A DNA stretch of 64,000 nt from an uncultured Verrucomicrobiae bacterium. GTDB taxonomy: Bacteria > Verrucomicrobiota > Verrucomicrobiia > Chthoniobacterales > UBA10450. The DNA lies in NCBI GenBank assembly GCA_963807435.1, contig CAWECA010000013.1, positions 96,805 to 160,804 on the forward strand. Reading direction: 5' to 3'. Shown here in pieces: positions 1-12,018 of this stretch. Position 1 is the stretch's first letter; every line of letters begins with the position of its first letter. Both the position numbers and the translations under genes were made by a program. Below the pieces are notes generated by a model. That model was not told where the DNA came from, did no database searches, and was given only the letters and a program-made list of their open reading frames with translations.

Positions 1-112
1 AAGGTGAAAAGTTAAAGGTTCTGCCGACCGAGGCAGTAACCTCGTAAATCGGCCCTGCCTCTGAACTTCGGCATTCGCCATTCCCCATTCGACAATCGTT
101 ATTGGTCATTCC

Positions 113-1330
113 ATGCTTCACCTCGAAGTGAAAGTTCTGTTTTTGACTAACGAGTACCCCCCCCATATCTATGGTGGCGCGGGCGTGCACGTAGGGTATT
201 TGTCGCGCGAATTGGCGAAAACGATGGCTGTGGAAGTCCGTTGCTTTGGCGATCAGCGTATCGAGGACGGCAATCTCAGAGTAATCGGGTTCGAATTGGA
301 TATGGCGAATTTCACCTGCCCGCGGCGCTTGCGTTCTGCTTTCGGCGCGGTGCGGCGCTGCACGGATTTCAACACCATGAACATCGACGCGGATGTCGTG
401 CACTGTCACACATGGTACAGCCACTTCGGTGGGATTCTTGCCAAAAAAAATTATGGGCTACCTCTGGTAATCACTGTTCATTCGCTCGAGCCCCTTCGTC
501 CTTGGAAACGCGAGCAGCTTGCAGGGGGCTACGACTTTTCGCTTTGGGTGGAGAAAACGGCGCTGGAGATGGCTGATGCAATTATCGCTGTCTCCAAGGC
601 GACGAAACAGGACACCGAGCGGTTGTTCGAAGTCGATCCTGCGCGGGTGCACGTAATTCATAACGGAATTGATTTGAACCAATATCGCAGGATCGACGCG
701 GTGGGCGCTCTTCAGCATTACGGTATCGATCCACTCAAGCCATACGTGCTTTTCGTCGGACGGATCGCGCGTCAGAAAGGTTTGCATCACTTCTTGCGAG
801 CAATCGATTTCATGGATCGCGACTTCCAAGTCGTCCTCTGCGCTGCCGTGCCTGACACACCGGAACTGGCGCAGGAGGTGGAAACCGCCATGGAACGTGC
901 CCGGGGCCAACGGAATGGAATCATTTGGATTAACGAAATGGTGGATCAACAGGCTACCTGCGAGCTTTACTCACACGCTGCAGTGTTCGTCTGTCCCTCA
1001 ATTTACGAACCGTTTGGAATCATCAATCTCGAAGCGATGGCGTGCGAAACAGCAGTCGTAGCCAGCGCTGTGGGCGGCATCGAGGAAGTCGTTGTGGAGG
1101 GTGAAACCGGTTTTCTCATTCCGATTGAACAGATGAAGGAAAGCCCGTTCGAGGCAATCAATCCCGAGAAATTTGCGCGTGACATCGCAACGCGGGTCAA
1201 CGAGCTAATGAAGGACCCCGGATTGCGCGAGCGGTTCGGCAAGGCAGGACGTAAACGCGCCGAAGAGTATTTTGGTTGGCGTGCGATCGCAGAGAAGACC
1301 AAGGCGCTTTATGAAACGTTGAAGCTTTGA
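113..1330 (+). CDS. glgA: GT4-family glycosyltransferase, glycogen-synthase-like (Corynebacterium-type GlgA)
   Basis: 405-aa ORF. N-terminus KVLFLTNEYPPHIYGGAGVHVGYLSREL and C-terminal YEPFGIINLEAMACETAVVASAVGGIEEVV (E-x7-E region) fit retaining GT-B/GT4 glycogen synthases. The real start may be GTG at 128. Confidence 0.7.
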   Translation: MLHLEVKVLFLTNEYPPHIYGGAGVHVGYLSRELAKTMAVEVRCFGDQRIEDGNLRVIGFELDMANFTCPRRLRSAFGAVRRCTDFNTMNIDADVVHCHTWYSHFGGILAKKNYGLPLVITVHSLEPLRPWKREQLAGGYDFSLWVEKTALEMADAIIAVSKATKQDTERLFEVDPARVHVIHNGIDLNQYRRIDAVGALQHYGIDPLKPYVLFVGRIARQKGLHHFLRAIDFMDRDFQVVLCAAVPDTPELAQEVETAMERARGQRNGIIWINEMVDQQATCELYSHAAVFVCPSIYEPFGIINLEAMACETAVVASAVGGIEEVVVEGETGFLIPIEQMKESPFEAINPEKFARDIATRVNELMKDPGLRERFGKAGRKRAEEYFGWRAIAEKTKALYETLKL

Positions 1331-1401
1331 GGCGATCCGCACGGAGAGGAGAGTGCCGCGTCAACCGTTGGACAGTCTAACGATGTCACCAGAGCCAAGT
1401 C

Positions 1402-2487
1402 ATGTTCGTCGATCGAGTAAAGGTTTTTGTCCAAGCCGGTAGCGGCGGGCGGGGGTGCGTGAGCTTTCGGCGGGAGAAATTTGTACCAAAAGGCGGACCC
1501 GATGGTGGCGACGGTGGACGGGGCGGCGACGTGATTCTGCGCGCCGATCGGCATGTGGACAATCTAGTCAACCTCTTTTATGAACCGTTGATCAAGGCAG
1601 AAAATGGCGCGCACGGAATGGGAAAAAAAATGACAGGCCGTGCGGGTGCGAACAAAATCGTGAAGGTTCCGATGGGGACCGTGGTTTTTCCGACAGAAGA
1701 ACGAGAACGTTCAATGTCCGTAGTCGAGAATCGAACGTCGCCCCTATCGGACGCCGGGGATCGCCAATCGCCAATTCCGTTTGCCGATCTCGTGCGCGAT
1801 GGCCAGGAATTCATGCTTTGCCGCGGCGGGGCCGGGGGAAAAGGTAATGTGCATTTCAAGAGCTCACGCAACCGCGCACCGCGTCAGTACACTGAGGGTG
1901 AACAGGGGGAGGAGGGACACTTCCTCTTCGAGTTGCAAACCATCGCCGACGTCGGCTTGGTCGGTTACCCGAATGCCGGCAAATCAACGCTCTTACGAAG
2001 AATCTCGGCGGCGCGGCCAAAAGTTGCCGCCTATCCCTTCACAACTCTTCATCCGATCGTGGGCGTGATCGAATTTCCGGGGTATAGGCGGGCGACGATC
2101 GCCGACATTCCCGGCTTGATCGAAGGAGCGCACCGCGGGGTCGGGCTGGGCTACGAATTTCTGCGCCACATCACGCGATGTCGGGTTCTGGTTTTCGTGG
2201 TGGATATGGGCGGAAGCGAAGGACGCAGTCCCGTAGAAGATTTGCAGAATCTTCGTCGCGAAATTGATCTGTATGATCCGACGTTGTCTTCGCGTGCATG
2301 GTTTGTTGTCGCCAATAAAATGGATTTGCCTGGTGCCACGGAGAATCTGAAAACACTACAAGAAAGATTCCCGAAGGTTCAGATCCTTGCCACTTCAGCG
2401 GCTAGAGGTGAAGGAATCGATGTCGTGAAACACGAATTGGCAATTCGGATAACGAACGGCAATCAGATTGACGCGGTGGGAATTTGA
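1402..2487 (+). CDS. obg: GTPase Obg/CgtA
   Basis: Obg-fold N-terminus MFVDRVKVFVQAGSGGRGCVSFRREKFVPKGGPDGGDGGRGGDV; G1 GYPNAGKST, G3 DIPGLIEGA, G4 NKMD. Confidence 0.95.
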   Translation: MFVDRVKVFVQAGSGGRGCVSFRREKFVPKGGPDGGDGGRGGDVILRADRHVDNLVNLFYEPLIKAENGAHGMGKKMTGRAGANKIVKVPMGTVVFPTEERERSMSVVENRTSPLSDAGDRQSPIPFADLVRDGQEFMLCRGGAGGKGNVHFKSSRNRAPRQYTEGEQGEEGHFLFELQTIADVGLVGYPNAGKSTLLRRISAARPKVAAYPFTTLHPIVGVIEFPGYRRATIADIPGLIEGAHRGVGLGYEFLRHITRCRVLVFVVDMGGSEGRSPVEDLQNLRREIDLYDPTLSSRAWFVVANKMDLPGATENLKTLQERFPKVQILATSAARGEGIDVVKHELAIRITNGNQIDAVGI

Positions 2488-2488
2488 G

Positions 2489-3757
2489 ATGGACAACTTC
2501 AATATCCCTAGCGAAACTCAGCGCTGTGCCATGGGAACGCGGGTTGTAGCAAGTTATTGTTCCACTTTTCTCAAGTCGGAGATGTTGCACATCTATCGGC
2601 AAGTAAAGTCGCTGCGCGGCGTCGATACCTTTGTGGTCACCAAAGAGGTCCAGAACCCGGAGCGCTTTCCATTTGATGACGTCGAGGTGATCCCGAAGCG
2701 GCGCACCAACCTGCTGGTGCACGGTTGGCTGAAATTCGTCGAGCGGCGACCGCCTATCGTTTATCGCGGTGAATATCAGACCCTGGATTCATTGTTGCGA
2801 AGGCATGGGGCCGATCTGATGCATATTTATTTCGGTCATACGGGAGTGCATTTGCTGCCTTTTATCGAGCAATGGCACAAACCGTGTGTGGTATCGTTCC
2901 ATGGCGCCGATGTCGCTCACAAACCTGAGATTAGAGATTATCCCGGAAAATTGCGTCGCCTTTTTAGCGCGGTCCCGCTCGTGTTCGCACGTTCTCAATC
3001 GCTGGCCGATCGGCTGACCCAGTTGGGGTGTCCTCCAGAGAAACTACGCATCAATCGAACGGGCATCCCGCTCAATGAGTTTCCATTGTTTCACCGGGAG
3101 GCGCCGCGGGACGGGAAATGGAAAATAGTACAAGCCTGCCGGTTAATCCCAAAGAAGGGAATTGCAACCAGTTTGCGCGCTTTCGCAATCTTCAAACGAG
3201 ACTATCCGAACGCTGAGTTTTGCATTGCGGGTAAGGGACCGTTGCAGTCTGAATTGGAGATGCTGGCCGGTGGTCTGGGGATTGCGCGGGATGTACATTT
3301 TCTAGGGTTTCTGTCACAATCAAAGCTGCGCGAGCTGTATGACAGGTCGCATCTCTTTCTGCATCCCAGCGAAATTTCTCCGAATCAGGATCAGGAAGGC
3401 GTCCCCAATTCTGTGTTGGAAGCAATGGCGACCGGGTTGCCGGTGGTTGCCACGCGGCATGGAGGAATTCCGGAAGCGGTCGATGACGGCCGCACAGGGT
3501 TTCTTGTGGCGGAGGAAGATCACGTTGCACTGGCCAACGCTACACAATTGATCGCAAGTTCACCCGTCATGATGAAGGAGATGGGAGTTCGCGCGCACAC
3601 GACCGTGAAGGAAAGATTCGAACAGGCAACACAAATTGAGCGTTTGGAATCGTTTTATGAAGAGGCCATTGCCATGCATGGCGCGGCTGAACATGTAGAT
3701 TCCACGTCCGTTGCGCGTGTCGCTCCGCGGTTTGCGGAAAGCCTGGCTGCGAAGTAA
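2489..3757 (+). CDS. glycosyltransferase family 4
   Basis: C-terminal GT4 signature EGVPNSVLEAMATGLPVVATRHGGIPEAVDDGRTGFLV. ATG 2489 lies 1 nt after the obg stop; the ORF-track start 2468 would overlap obg. Confidence 0.8.
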   Translation: MDNFNIPSETQRCAMGTRVVASYCSTFLKSEMLHIYRQVKSLRGVDTFVVTKEVQNPERFPFDDVEVIPKRRTNLLVHGWLKFVERRPPIVYRGEYQTLDSLLRRHGADLMHIYFGHTGVHLLPFIEQWHKPCVVSFHGADVAHKPEIRDYPGKLRRLFSAVPLVFARSQSLADRLTQLGCPPEKLRINRTGIPLNEFPLFHREAPRDGKWKIVQACRLIPKKGIATSLRAFAIFKRDYPNAEFCIAGKGPLQSELEMLAGGLGIARDVHFLGFLSQSKLRELYDRSHLFLHPSEISPNQDQEGVPNSVLEAMATGLPVVATRHGGIPEAVDDGRTGFLVAEEDHVALANATQLIASSPVMMKEMGVRAHTTVKERFEQATQIERLESFYEEAIAMHGAAEHVDSTSVARVAPRFAESLAAK

Positions 3758-3887
3758 GCAGGCGACCTTAAAATTTGTTTGTCATCCGGGCAAAACGCGC
3801 TTTGGTATGCGCGTCAAAGTTGTAGTCGGGATCGGTGATCCCGGCAGGTTGGTATCACCCGATGCCGACTGCAACTATGTTTGTAAA

Positions 3888-4787
3888 ATGCGCAACCGTT
3901 GTTTACTGATGTCGATTCTGGCGCTCACCTCCAGCGCGGCCCTTGCCACGTCTGCATTTGCGGCTGAGACGGTTAGCCCTGGGCACGAGGGCGTCTCATT
4001 AAAGCCGCAAACGTTGGTTCAGATCGGAGGATTTGGCATTACAAACTCGATGCTGGTTACGTGGATTGTCGCTGCCAGCATTATTTTCTTCGCGCAAATT
4101 GCTACTCGCCGCGTCAAACCTATTCCAACGGGAATACAAAACTTTTGGGAATGGTTAGTCGAAGGTCTGCACGATTTTCTGAAAAACATTATCGGGCGCG
4201 ACCTGGTGAATAAGGGATTCTGGTTTTTCGCGACGATTTTCATCTTCATTCTGTTTGTAAATTGGTTCGGGCTGGTTCCCGGAATCGGTACTGTTGGTTG
4301 GGGCCATTACGCTTCCTCAGGTGACTTTGTGGTCGACCGGCCACTGTTACGCGGCGGCAATGCGGACCTGAACATGACCACGGCGATGTCTGCAATTTTT
4401 TTTGTGATGTGGTTTGTCTGGGCGATTCAAGCCAACGGTATCGGCGGCTTCTTGAAGCATTTGTTTGGTCCGAAAGGGGAGACATCCGGAATCATACGGA
4501 TCCTGATGATTGTGATATTTTTTGCCGTGGGTTGGCTTGAAGTGATCTCGATTCTATTTCGTCCGATTGCGCTTAGCTTTCGATTGTTTGGAAATATTTA
4601 TGCCGGCGAAAGCATCCTCGAGGCGATGTCCACGATGGTTCCGTGGCTCTCACCGGTCCTGCCGATTCCATTCTATTTTTTAGAAGTGCTCGTGGGATTC
4701 GTGCAGGCGCTGGTCTTCATGCTGCTGACTGCCGTTTTTACGATGCTGATCGCGGAACACCAGGAGGGACCGGAGCACGCGCACTGA
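3888..4787 (+). CDS. atpB: F0F1 ATP synthase subunit a
   Basis: Polytopic membrane protein with the a-subunit motif RPIALSFRLFGNIYAGE. It is the first gene of the atp cluster. Start set at ATG 3888, giving a signal-like MRNRCLLMSILALTSSAALA; the track start 3711 overlaps the upstream gene. Confidence 0.9.
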   Translation: MRNRCLLMSILALTSSAALATSAFAAETVSPGHEGVSLKPQTLVQIGGFGITNSMLVTWIVAASIIFFAQIATRRVKPIPTGIQNFWEWLVEGLHDFLKNIIGRDLVNKGFWFFATIFIFILFVNWFGLVPGIGTVGWGHYASSGDFVVDRPLLRGGNADLNMTTAMSAIFFVMWFVWAIQANGIGGFLKHLFGPKGETSGIIRILMIVIFFAVGWLEVISILFRPIALSFRLFGNIYAGESILEAMSTMVPWLSPVLPIPFYFLEVLVGFVQALVFMLLTAVFTMLIAEHQEGPEHAH

Positions 4788-4833
4788 TTTTTCAGCGGTC
4801 TTATGACAAGATCGCAAAACCAACTAAAAAAAT

Positions 4834-5046
4834 ATGATACTACCAATACTAGCAGAAATGGGCGGAAGCATTCACGTCGGGCTTGCCGCGATGGGAGTCG
4901 GGATCGGAATCGGTTTGACTGGCCTGGGAATGACCAGCGCCGTCGGTCGTAATCCGGGCGCGTTCACGCAAGTGCTCGTGCATGGAATCCTAGCCATCGC
5001 GTTGACCGAAGCGATTGTTTTCTACGCCCTGTATCTCGTTCACTAA
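4834..5046 (+). CDS. atpE: F0F1 ATP synthase subunit c
   Basis: 70 aa with two TM helices, the polar loop AVGRNPGA, and a carboxylate in LTEAIVFYAL. Position in the operon fits. Confidence 0.9.
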   Translation: MILPILAEMGGSIHVGLAAMGVGIGIGLTGLGMTSAVGRNPGAFTQVLVHGILAIALTEAIVFYALYLVH

Positions 5047-5089
5047 TCTTCCCAGGGAGGCAATTAACTTTGCGCCCGAACCTTAGTCT

Positions 5090-5635
5090 ATGAGCCTGAT
5101 AATTGCCGTCGCCAGCGGAGGCGTAACCGACATCCTGCGTGAAACAGCTGAAACGTTCGGCTGGAACTGGAAGTTGTTTTTGTCGCAGGTCATCAGTTTC
5201 TGCATTGTTGCGTATCTGTTACAACGCTTCGCTTACAAACCAATTCTCGCCATCCTTGAGGAACGCCGGCGGAAGATCGAAGAAGGCCAGATTAACGCGG
5301 AAGAAATCACGAAGGAGCTCGCCGCGGCGGAGAAACGTTACCAGGAAATTGTTGCCAAGGGCAATGCGGACGCACAGAAGATGATTGATGAAGCGCGTGA
5401 CAGCGCTGCCCATTTGTCCGAGCGCAAGCAGCAGGAAGCGATCGTTGCCGCGGAGCAAATCATTACCAAGGCGAGGGAAGCGAGCGCCATTGAGCATGAA
5501 CGCACGATGGAATCCTTGAAGCGCGAGCTAGGACGGCTGGTCGTTGATACCACGGCAAAGGTCACTGGCAAAGTCTTGACCCAGGACGACCAGCGGCGCC
5601 TGCAAGAGGAAGCAGCTCGAGAAGTGACCCGATGA
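5090..5635 (+). CDS. atpF: F0F1 ATP synthase subunit b
   Basis: One N-terminal TM helix (FLSQVISFCIVAYLL) followed by a long charged helical region. It lies between atpE and atpH, and its stop overlaps the next ATG (ATGA 5632-5635). Confidence 0.85.
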   Translation: MSLIIAVASGGVTDILRETAETFGWNWKLFLSQVISFCIVAYLLQRFAYKPILAILEERRRKIEEGQINAEEITKELAAAEKRYQEIVAKGNADAQKMIDEARDSAAHLSERKQQEAIVAAEQIITKAREASAIEHERTMESLKRELGRLVVDTTAKVTGKVLTQDDQRRLQEEAAREVTR

Positions 5636-6025
5636 AGCTGAACAAGGAAATTCGGCAACTTTCGCGCAAAATGCTGCAAACCAGTTTCACCGACGGCCAG
5701 CTGGATCCAGGCAGGATCTCTTCGCTGGTTGACTCACTGATCGTACAAAAAGCCGCGCAACTATATTAATGTGCTTAAAAACTACAGGCGTCTGTTGCGG
5801 CTCGAATTGGACAAACGCAGCGCCACAGTTGAAACCGCCAGTGAAGTCGACCCGGGAATACGTTCGGAAATTGTGGCCAATCTCAAGAGCAAATACGGTA
5901 ACGACATCTCAACTGAATTTCAGACAGATCCTACATTGCTGGGCGGAATGCGGGTCCGCGTCGGAAGCGATGTCTGGGACGGAAGCGTGCGCAACCGCCT
6001 GCAACGTCTTCAACAGGAACTTTAA
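5632..6025 (+). pseudogene. atpH: F0F1 ATP synthase subunit delta (OSCP), interrupted by a +1 frame change
   Basis: The 5632-5769 frame stops at TAA. The OSCP-like C-terminus ([28 protein letters not shown]) continues in the +1 frame (track ORF 5771-6025). Removing one A from AAAAA at 5747-5751 yields a continuous 130-aa ORF. Confidence 0.8.
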
Positions 6026-6039
6026 TCAAATTCAATACC

Positions 6040-7572
6040 ATGAGCACCATACTCGAAGACATCGAATCGAAAATTGAACAGCTAAAAACGTCGACCGCCA
6101 AAACCAACGTTGGCGTTGTGCGCGAAACGGGCGACGGCGTCGCGCGCATCGAGGGTTTAAGCGACGTCATGCTGAACGAGATGATTGAATTTCCAAACGG
6201 CGTTTATGGCCTCGCCCTGAACCTTGAGGAGACGGAAGTTGGCGCGATTTTGTTAGGCGATAATACCCTGATTGAAGAAGGCGACGAAGTCAAAACTACG
6301 GGGCGATTGCTGTCCGTTCCCGTAGGCAAAGCACTCCTCGGCCGAGTGGTAAACACCCTCGGTCAGCCCCTCGACGGCAAAGGTCCGATCAAAAGCGACA
6401 CATTTTATCCGCTCGAGAAGATTGCGCCCGGCGTGATCAAACGGCGTAGTGTGAATCAACCGGTGCAGACCGGCATTATGCCCATCGACGCCATGATCCC
6501 GATCGGGCGCGGTCAACGCGAACTGATCATTGGCGATCGTGCAACAGGTAAAACCACCATCGCTATCGACAGCATCATCAGCCAGGCGCGCCTGAACAAG
6601 GCCGCCGAGGCCGCTGGAGATAAGAATTATCGTCCGCTTTACTGTATCTACGTCGCCGTCGGTCAAAAAAACTCAAACGTGGCGCGAGTGCTCGATGTTC
6701 TCGAACGAGAAGGAGCAATGCCGTACACCACCATCATCTCTGCTCCTGCGTCCGATACGGCAACTAACCAGTATCTGGCGCCGTTTGCAGGCGCATCGAT
6801 GGGCGAGTGGTTCATGGACAACGGCATGGATGCGCTCATCATTTACGATGATTTATCAAAACACGCCGTGGCTTATCGGCAGGTGTCGCTGGTGTTGAAA
6901 CGGCCTTCGGGGCGTGAAGCCTATCCCGGCGACGTTTTTTACCTCCACTCGCGGTTGCTGGAGCGTGCCGCGCGCATGAGCGACGAATTTGGCGGCGGGT
7001 CACTTACTGCGCTGCCGATCATCGAGACGCAAGCCGGCGACGTCTCTGCGTACATCCCCACAAATGTGATCTCAATCACCGACGGTCAAATCTATCTCGA
7101 GACCGATTTGTTTTATCAAGGCGTTCGGCCCGCGATTTCGGTGGGGTTGTCGGTAAGCCGCGTTGGTTCCGCAGCCCAGATCAAGGCGATCAAACAGGTT
7201 GCCGGCAAGGTCAAACTCGACCTGGCGCAATTCCGCGAGTTGGCTGCGTTTGCGCAGTTCGGGTCAGACCTCGATGCGGCGACCAGAGCGCGACTCGATC
7301 GTGGCCAGCGAATTGTAGAACTCTTTAAGCAAAAACAGTACAACCCAATTCCGGTCGAGGAGCAGGTGGCTGTGATGTGGGCGATGCAAAACGGCTACAT
7401 CGATGCTGTTCCTGTTGACCGGGTCAAAGAGTTCCAACTCAAGCTTCAGGATTGGCTCCAAACACGCAAAGCAAGTTTGCTTCAAACGATTCGCGACAAG
7501 AAAGAGCTGGATAAGGACCTCGAAGCACAATTGAAGACTGCGCTCGATGAATTCAAAACGGTCTGGCGGTAA
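6040..7572 (+). CDS. atpA: F0F1 ATP synthase subunit alpha
   Basis: 510 aa; Walker [10 protein letters not shown]; conserved [22 protein letters not shown] and ITDGQIYLE. Confidence 0.97.
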   Translation: MSTILEDIESKIEQLKTSTAKTNVGVVRETGDGVARIEGLSDVMLNEMIEFPNGVYGLALNLEETEVGAILLGDNTLIEEGDEVKTTGRLLSVPVGKALLGRVVNTLGQPLDGKGPIKSDTFYPLEKIAPGVIKRRSVNQPVQTGIMPIDAMIPIGRGQRELIIGDRATGKTTIAIDSIISQARLNKAAEAAGDKNYRPLYCIYVAVGQKNSNVARVLDVLEREGAMPYTTIISAPASDTATNQYLAPFAGASMGEWFMDNGMDALIIYDDLSKHAVAYRQVSLVLKRPSGREAYPGDVFYLHSRLLERAARMSDEFGGGSLTALPIIETQAGDVSAYIPTNVISITDGQIYLETDLFYQGVRPAISVGLSVSRVGSAAQIKAIKQVAGKVKLDLAQFRELAAFAQFGSDLDAATRARLDRGQRIVELFKQKQYNPIPVEEQVAVMWAMQNGYIDAVPVDRVKEFQLKLQDWLQTRKASLLQTIRDKKELDKDLEAQLKTALDEFKTVWR

Positions 7573-7587
7573 CTAGTTAGAAATTAG

Positions 7588-9883
<2,296 letters not shown>

Positions 9884-9987
9884 CGCCTTGCGTTGAATCG
9901 TGAATAATAAAATCGTTACGATGGCAATAACGCACTCCTTCTTCCCTTACAACAACTCCGCGATTTGACGATCTAACGTCTTTACCA

Positions 9988-10398
9988 ATGGCCACACTTA
10001 AACTCGAGATCGTAACGCCTGAGGAAAAAATTTACTCCGAGGACATCGAGATGGTCACCCTTCCGGGCGCCGAGGGCGAACTTGGAGTCTATCCCAAGCA
10101 CGTTCCTCTTCTTACGACACTGAAGCCCGGAGAGCTTCGCATGCTAAAGGACGGCCGCGAAACTGCGATGGCTATTGGCGAGGGTTTTGTCGAAATCACG
10201 GCAGACGCGGTTTCGGTTTTGACAGACATGGCGCTCGAGTCCGAAAAAATTGACCTCGCTGCGGCCGAAGCTGCTGTCGAACGCGCCAAAGCGGCGATGA
10301 AAGAAGACCACACTGCGGAGGAGGTGGCCGCTATTCAGGCCACAATGCAAAAAGCGCTCGCACAGTTGCACGTCAGACGTCGCCGCCGTCCGGGGTAG
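9988..10398 (+). CDS. atpC: F0F1 ATP synthase subunit epsilon
   Basis: 136 aa; a beta-sandwich N-terminus (LKLEIVTPE..VTLPGAEGELGVYPKHVPLLT) followed by a helical hairpin. It is the last gene of the operon. Confidence 0.9.
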   Translation: MATLKLEIVTPEEKIYSEDIEMVTLPGAEGELGVYPKHVPLLTTLKPGELRMLKDGRETAMAIGEGFVEITADAVSVLTDMALESEKIDLAAAEAAVERAKAAMKEDHTAEEVAAIQATMQKALAQLHVRRRRRPG

Positions 10399-10452
10399 CG
10401 ATTTGTAGAGGCGCTTATCGCGCCGAGGGCAGTCCAACGAACATTTGATCCT

Positions 10453-11268
10453 TTGGCACAAGCACCGCTACACGCTTTGGCAATCATTGCCGGAAACGGC
10501 GTCTATCCGCGGTTGATAGCGGACGCAGCGCGAAAGGGCGGCGTCGACAAGATTGTGGCTGCCGCCTTTAAAGACGAAACCGAGCCAACATTGGCGCAGC
10601 ACGTCGACGCAATTGAATGGATGCGTGTGGGGCAATTAGGTCGGCTCCTGAAATTCTTTCGTATGCACGGTATCCATCACGGGATCATGGCCGGACAAAT
10701 CGCGCCGAAAAATCTCTTTGATCTACGCCCCGATCTAAAGGCGTTGATGTTGATGGGAAAACTTAAACAACGGAATGCGGAGTCGATTTTTTCGGCGATT
10801 GCTGATGAACTCGCGAAAATCGACGTTGATCTCCTGCCGGCCACAACGTTTCTCGAAGATTCGCTGGCGCGACCGGGATTGATTGCAGGGCCAAGATTAT
10901 CGCGTCGCAACGAGGAGGATGTCGAGCTTGGCTGGAACGTCGCGAAGGAGATTGCACGACTCGACATTGGTCAAACAGTCATCGTCAAGAACGGCACCGT
11001 TGTGGCGGTAGAAGCTTTGGAAGGGACAAACGAAACCATCCGGCGAGGTGGCATGTTCGCAGGGGACGGTGGGGTCATGGTCAAGGTCACCAAACCGAAT
11101 CAGGACATGCGTTTCGATGTGCCGGCCATCGGCGTAGAAACAGTTCGCGTCGCGGCGGAGTCGCGACTGCGCATCATAGCCGTCGAAGCTGCAAAGACGT
11201 TATTGCTCGAACATGACGCGATTATTGCTCTAGCAGATTCATCGAACATTTCGGTTGTTGCGCGCTAA
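10453..11268 (+). CDS. lpxI: LpxI-family UDP-2,3-diacylglucosamine diphosphatase (DUF1009)
   Basis: 271 aa; IIAGNGVYP N-terminus and C-terminal DIGQTVIVKNGTVVAVEALEGTNETIRRGG match the LpxI/DUF1009 pattern. TTG start. Confidence 0.7.
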   Translation: MAQAPLHALAIIAGNGVYPRLIADAARKGGVDKIVAAAFKDETEPTLAQHVDAIEWMRVGQLGRLLKFFRMHGIHHGIMAGQIAPKNLFDLRPDLKALMLMGKLKQRNAESIFSAIADELAKIDVDLLPATTFLEDSLARPGLIAGPRLSRRNEEDVELGWNVAKEIARLDIGQTVIVKNGTVVAVEALEGTNETIRRGGMFAGDGGVMVKVTKPNQDMRFDVPAIGVETVRVAAESRLRIIAVEAAKTLLLEHDAIIALADSSNISVVAR

Positions 11269-12018
11269 CCGCGTTTTGTTTTGGCTACTCCGTGAATGCT
11301 TGATTTGATATGTCAGAAAGCATTCCTCTCCGACCGTACGCATCTCGACTAGTGAGCAATGCACGCTACCGGGCAAGAAGCTTTTACCGAGACCTGTTAA
11401 CGTAGGCGCGTCGGCTCCGCCAAACATGTAGGGTGCAATCGTAAGATTAAGTTGATCGACCAGGTCCTCTTCCAGTAGCGCGCGAAAAAGCGTCGGCCCG
11501 CCTTCGCAAGCGACTGTGCGGACATTATATTGAGTGCGGAGTGTTTGGAGCATCTCATTAAGATCGAGCTGCGTTGTCCTGGACAAGTGCAGCGCCGCTT
11601 TTCTCCGTAAGGCATCCTGATTTTTCCGGGGCATCCGTCTGCTCGAAAAAATTACGATAGGTGAAACGTCGGATTGAAAAATCTTCAGCCGATTATCAAT
11701 TTTTCCCTTGTTTGAAATGATTATCCGAAGCGGGCAGCGACTCTGGCCACGTTTTATCCTTAACTCCTGCAGTTCCGCCGGCAAGCTGAGTCGCACGTTG
11801 TCGCGGTCAAGGCTGGTGTGCCCGATCAAGACAGCATCCGCGGCGGCGCGCTGGCGAAACAAATGCATTTTGTCTTCGCGCGAGGTAAAGTCGACAGGGC
11901 CGAAGTTTTTCGTGGTCACCTTTCCGTCTGCCGTCATCGCAAAAGTCGCAACGACGAATGGACGTTGTTGACTGCGAGAGCAGCCTCGTCTCCGCGAAGG
12001 TCCCTCCCGAATTTTCAT
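11239..12018 (-). CDS. RibD C-terminal-domain reductase (dihydrofolate-reductase-like pyrimidine reductase family)
   Basis: PFVVATFAMTADGKVT..FTSREDKMHLFRQRAAADAVLIG..TVACEGGPTLFRALLEEDLVDQLNLTIAP is the RibD_C pattern. Its ATG overlaps the upstream stop (ATGA). Confidence 0.7.
   Translation of the reverse strand: MKIREGPSRRRGCSRSQQRPFVVATFAMTADGKVTTKNFGPVDFTSREDKMHLFRQRAAADAVLIGHTSLDRDNVRLSLPAELQELRIKRGQSRCPLRIIISNKGKIDNRLKIFQSDVSPIVIFSSRRMPRKNQDALRRKAALHLSRTTQLDLNEMLQTLRTQYNVRTVACEGGPTLFRALLEEDLVDQLNLTIAPYMFGGADAPTLTGLGKSFLPGSVHCSLVEMRTVGEECFLTYQIKHSRSSQNKTRLARNNRNVR

Noticed and set aside
458-949. Long antisense or out-of-frame ORFs from the track lying inside annotated genes (for example 458-949 -, 6253-6666 -, 18302-18796 -, 44875-45459 -, 54662-55240 -, 14044-14781 -).
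   Set aside because: They sit within genes that carry strong family motifs. Their translations are Arg/Ser/Pro/Ala-rich with no recognisable motifs. They are typical shadow ORFs, and none explains sequence that the sense gene does not.
5747-5751. Programmed ribosomal frameshifting at the atpH A-run.
   Set aside because: There is no canonical X-XXY-YYZ slippery heptamer with a downstream structure. I know of no precedent in atpH. Six other unrelated genes in the window show the same kind of break, so a generic indel source is more parsimonious.
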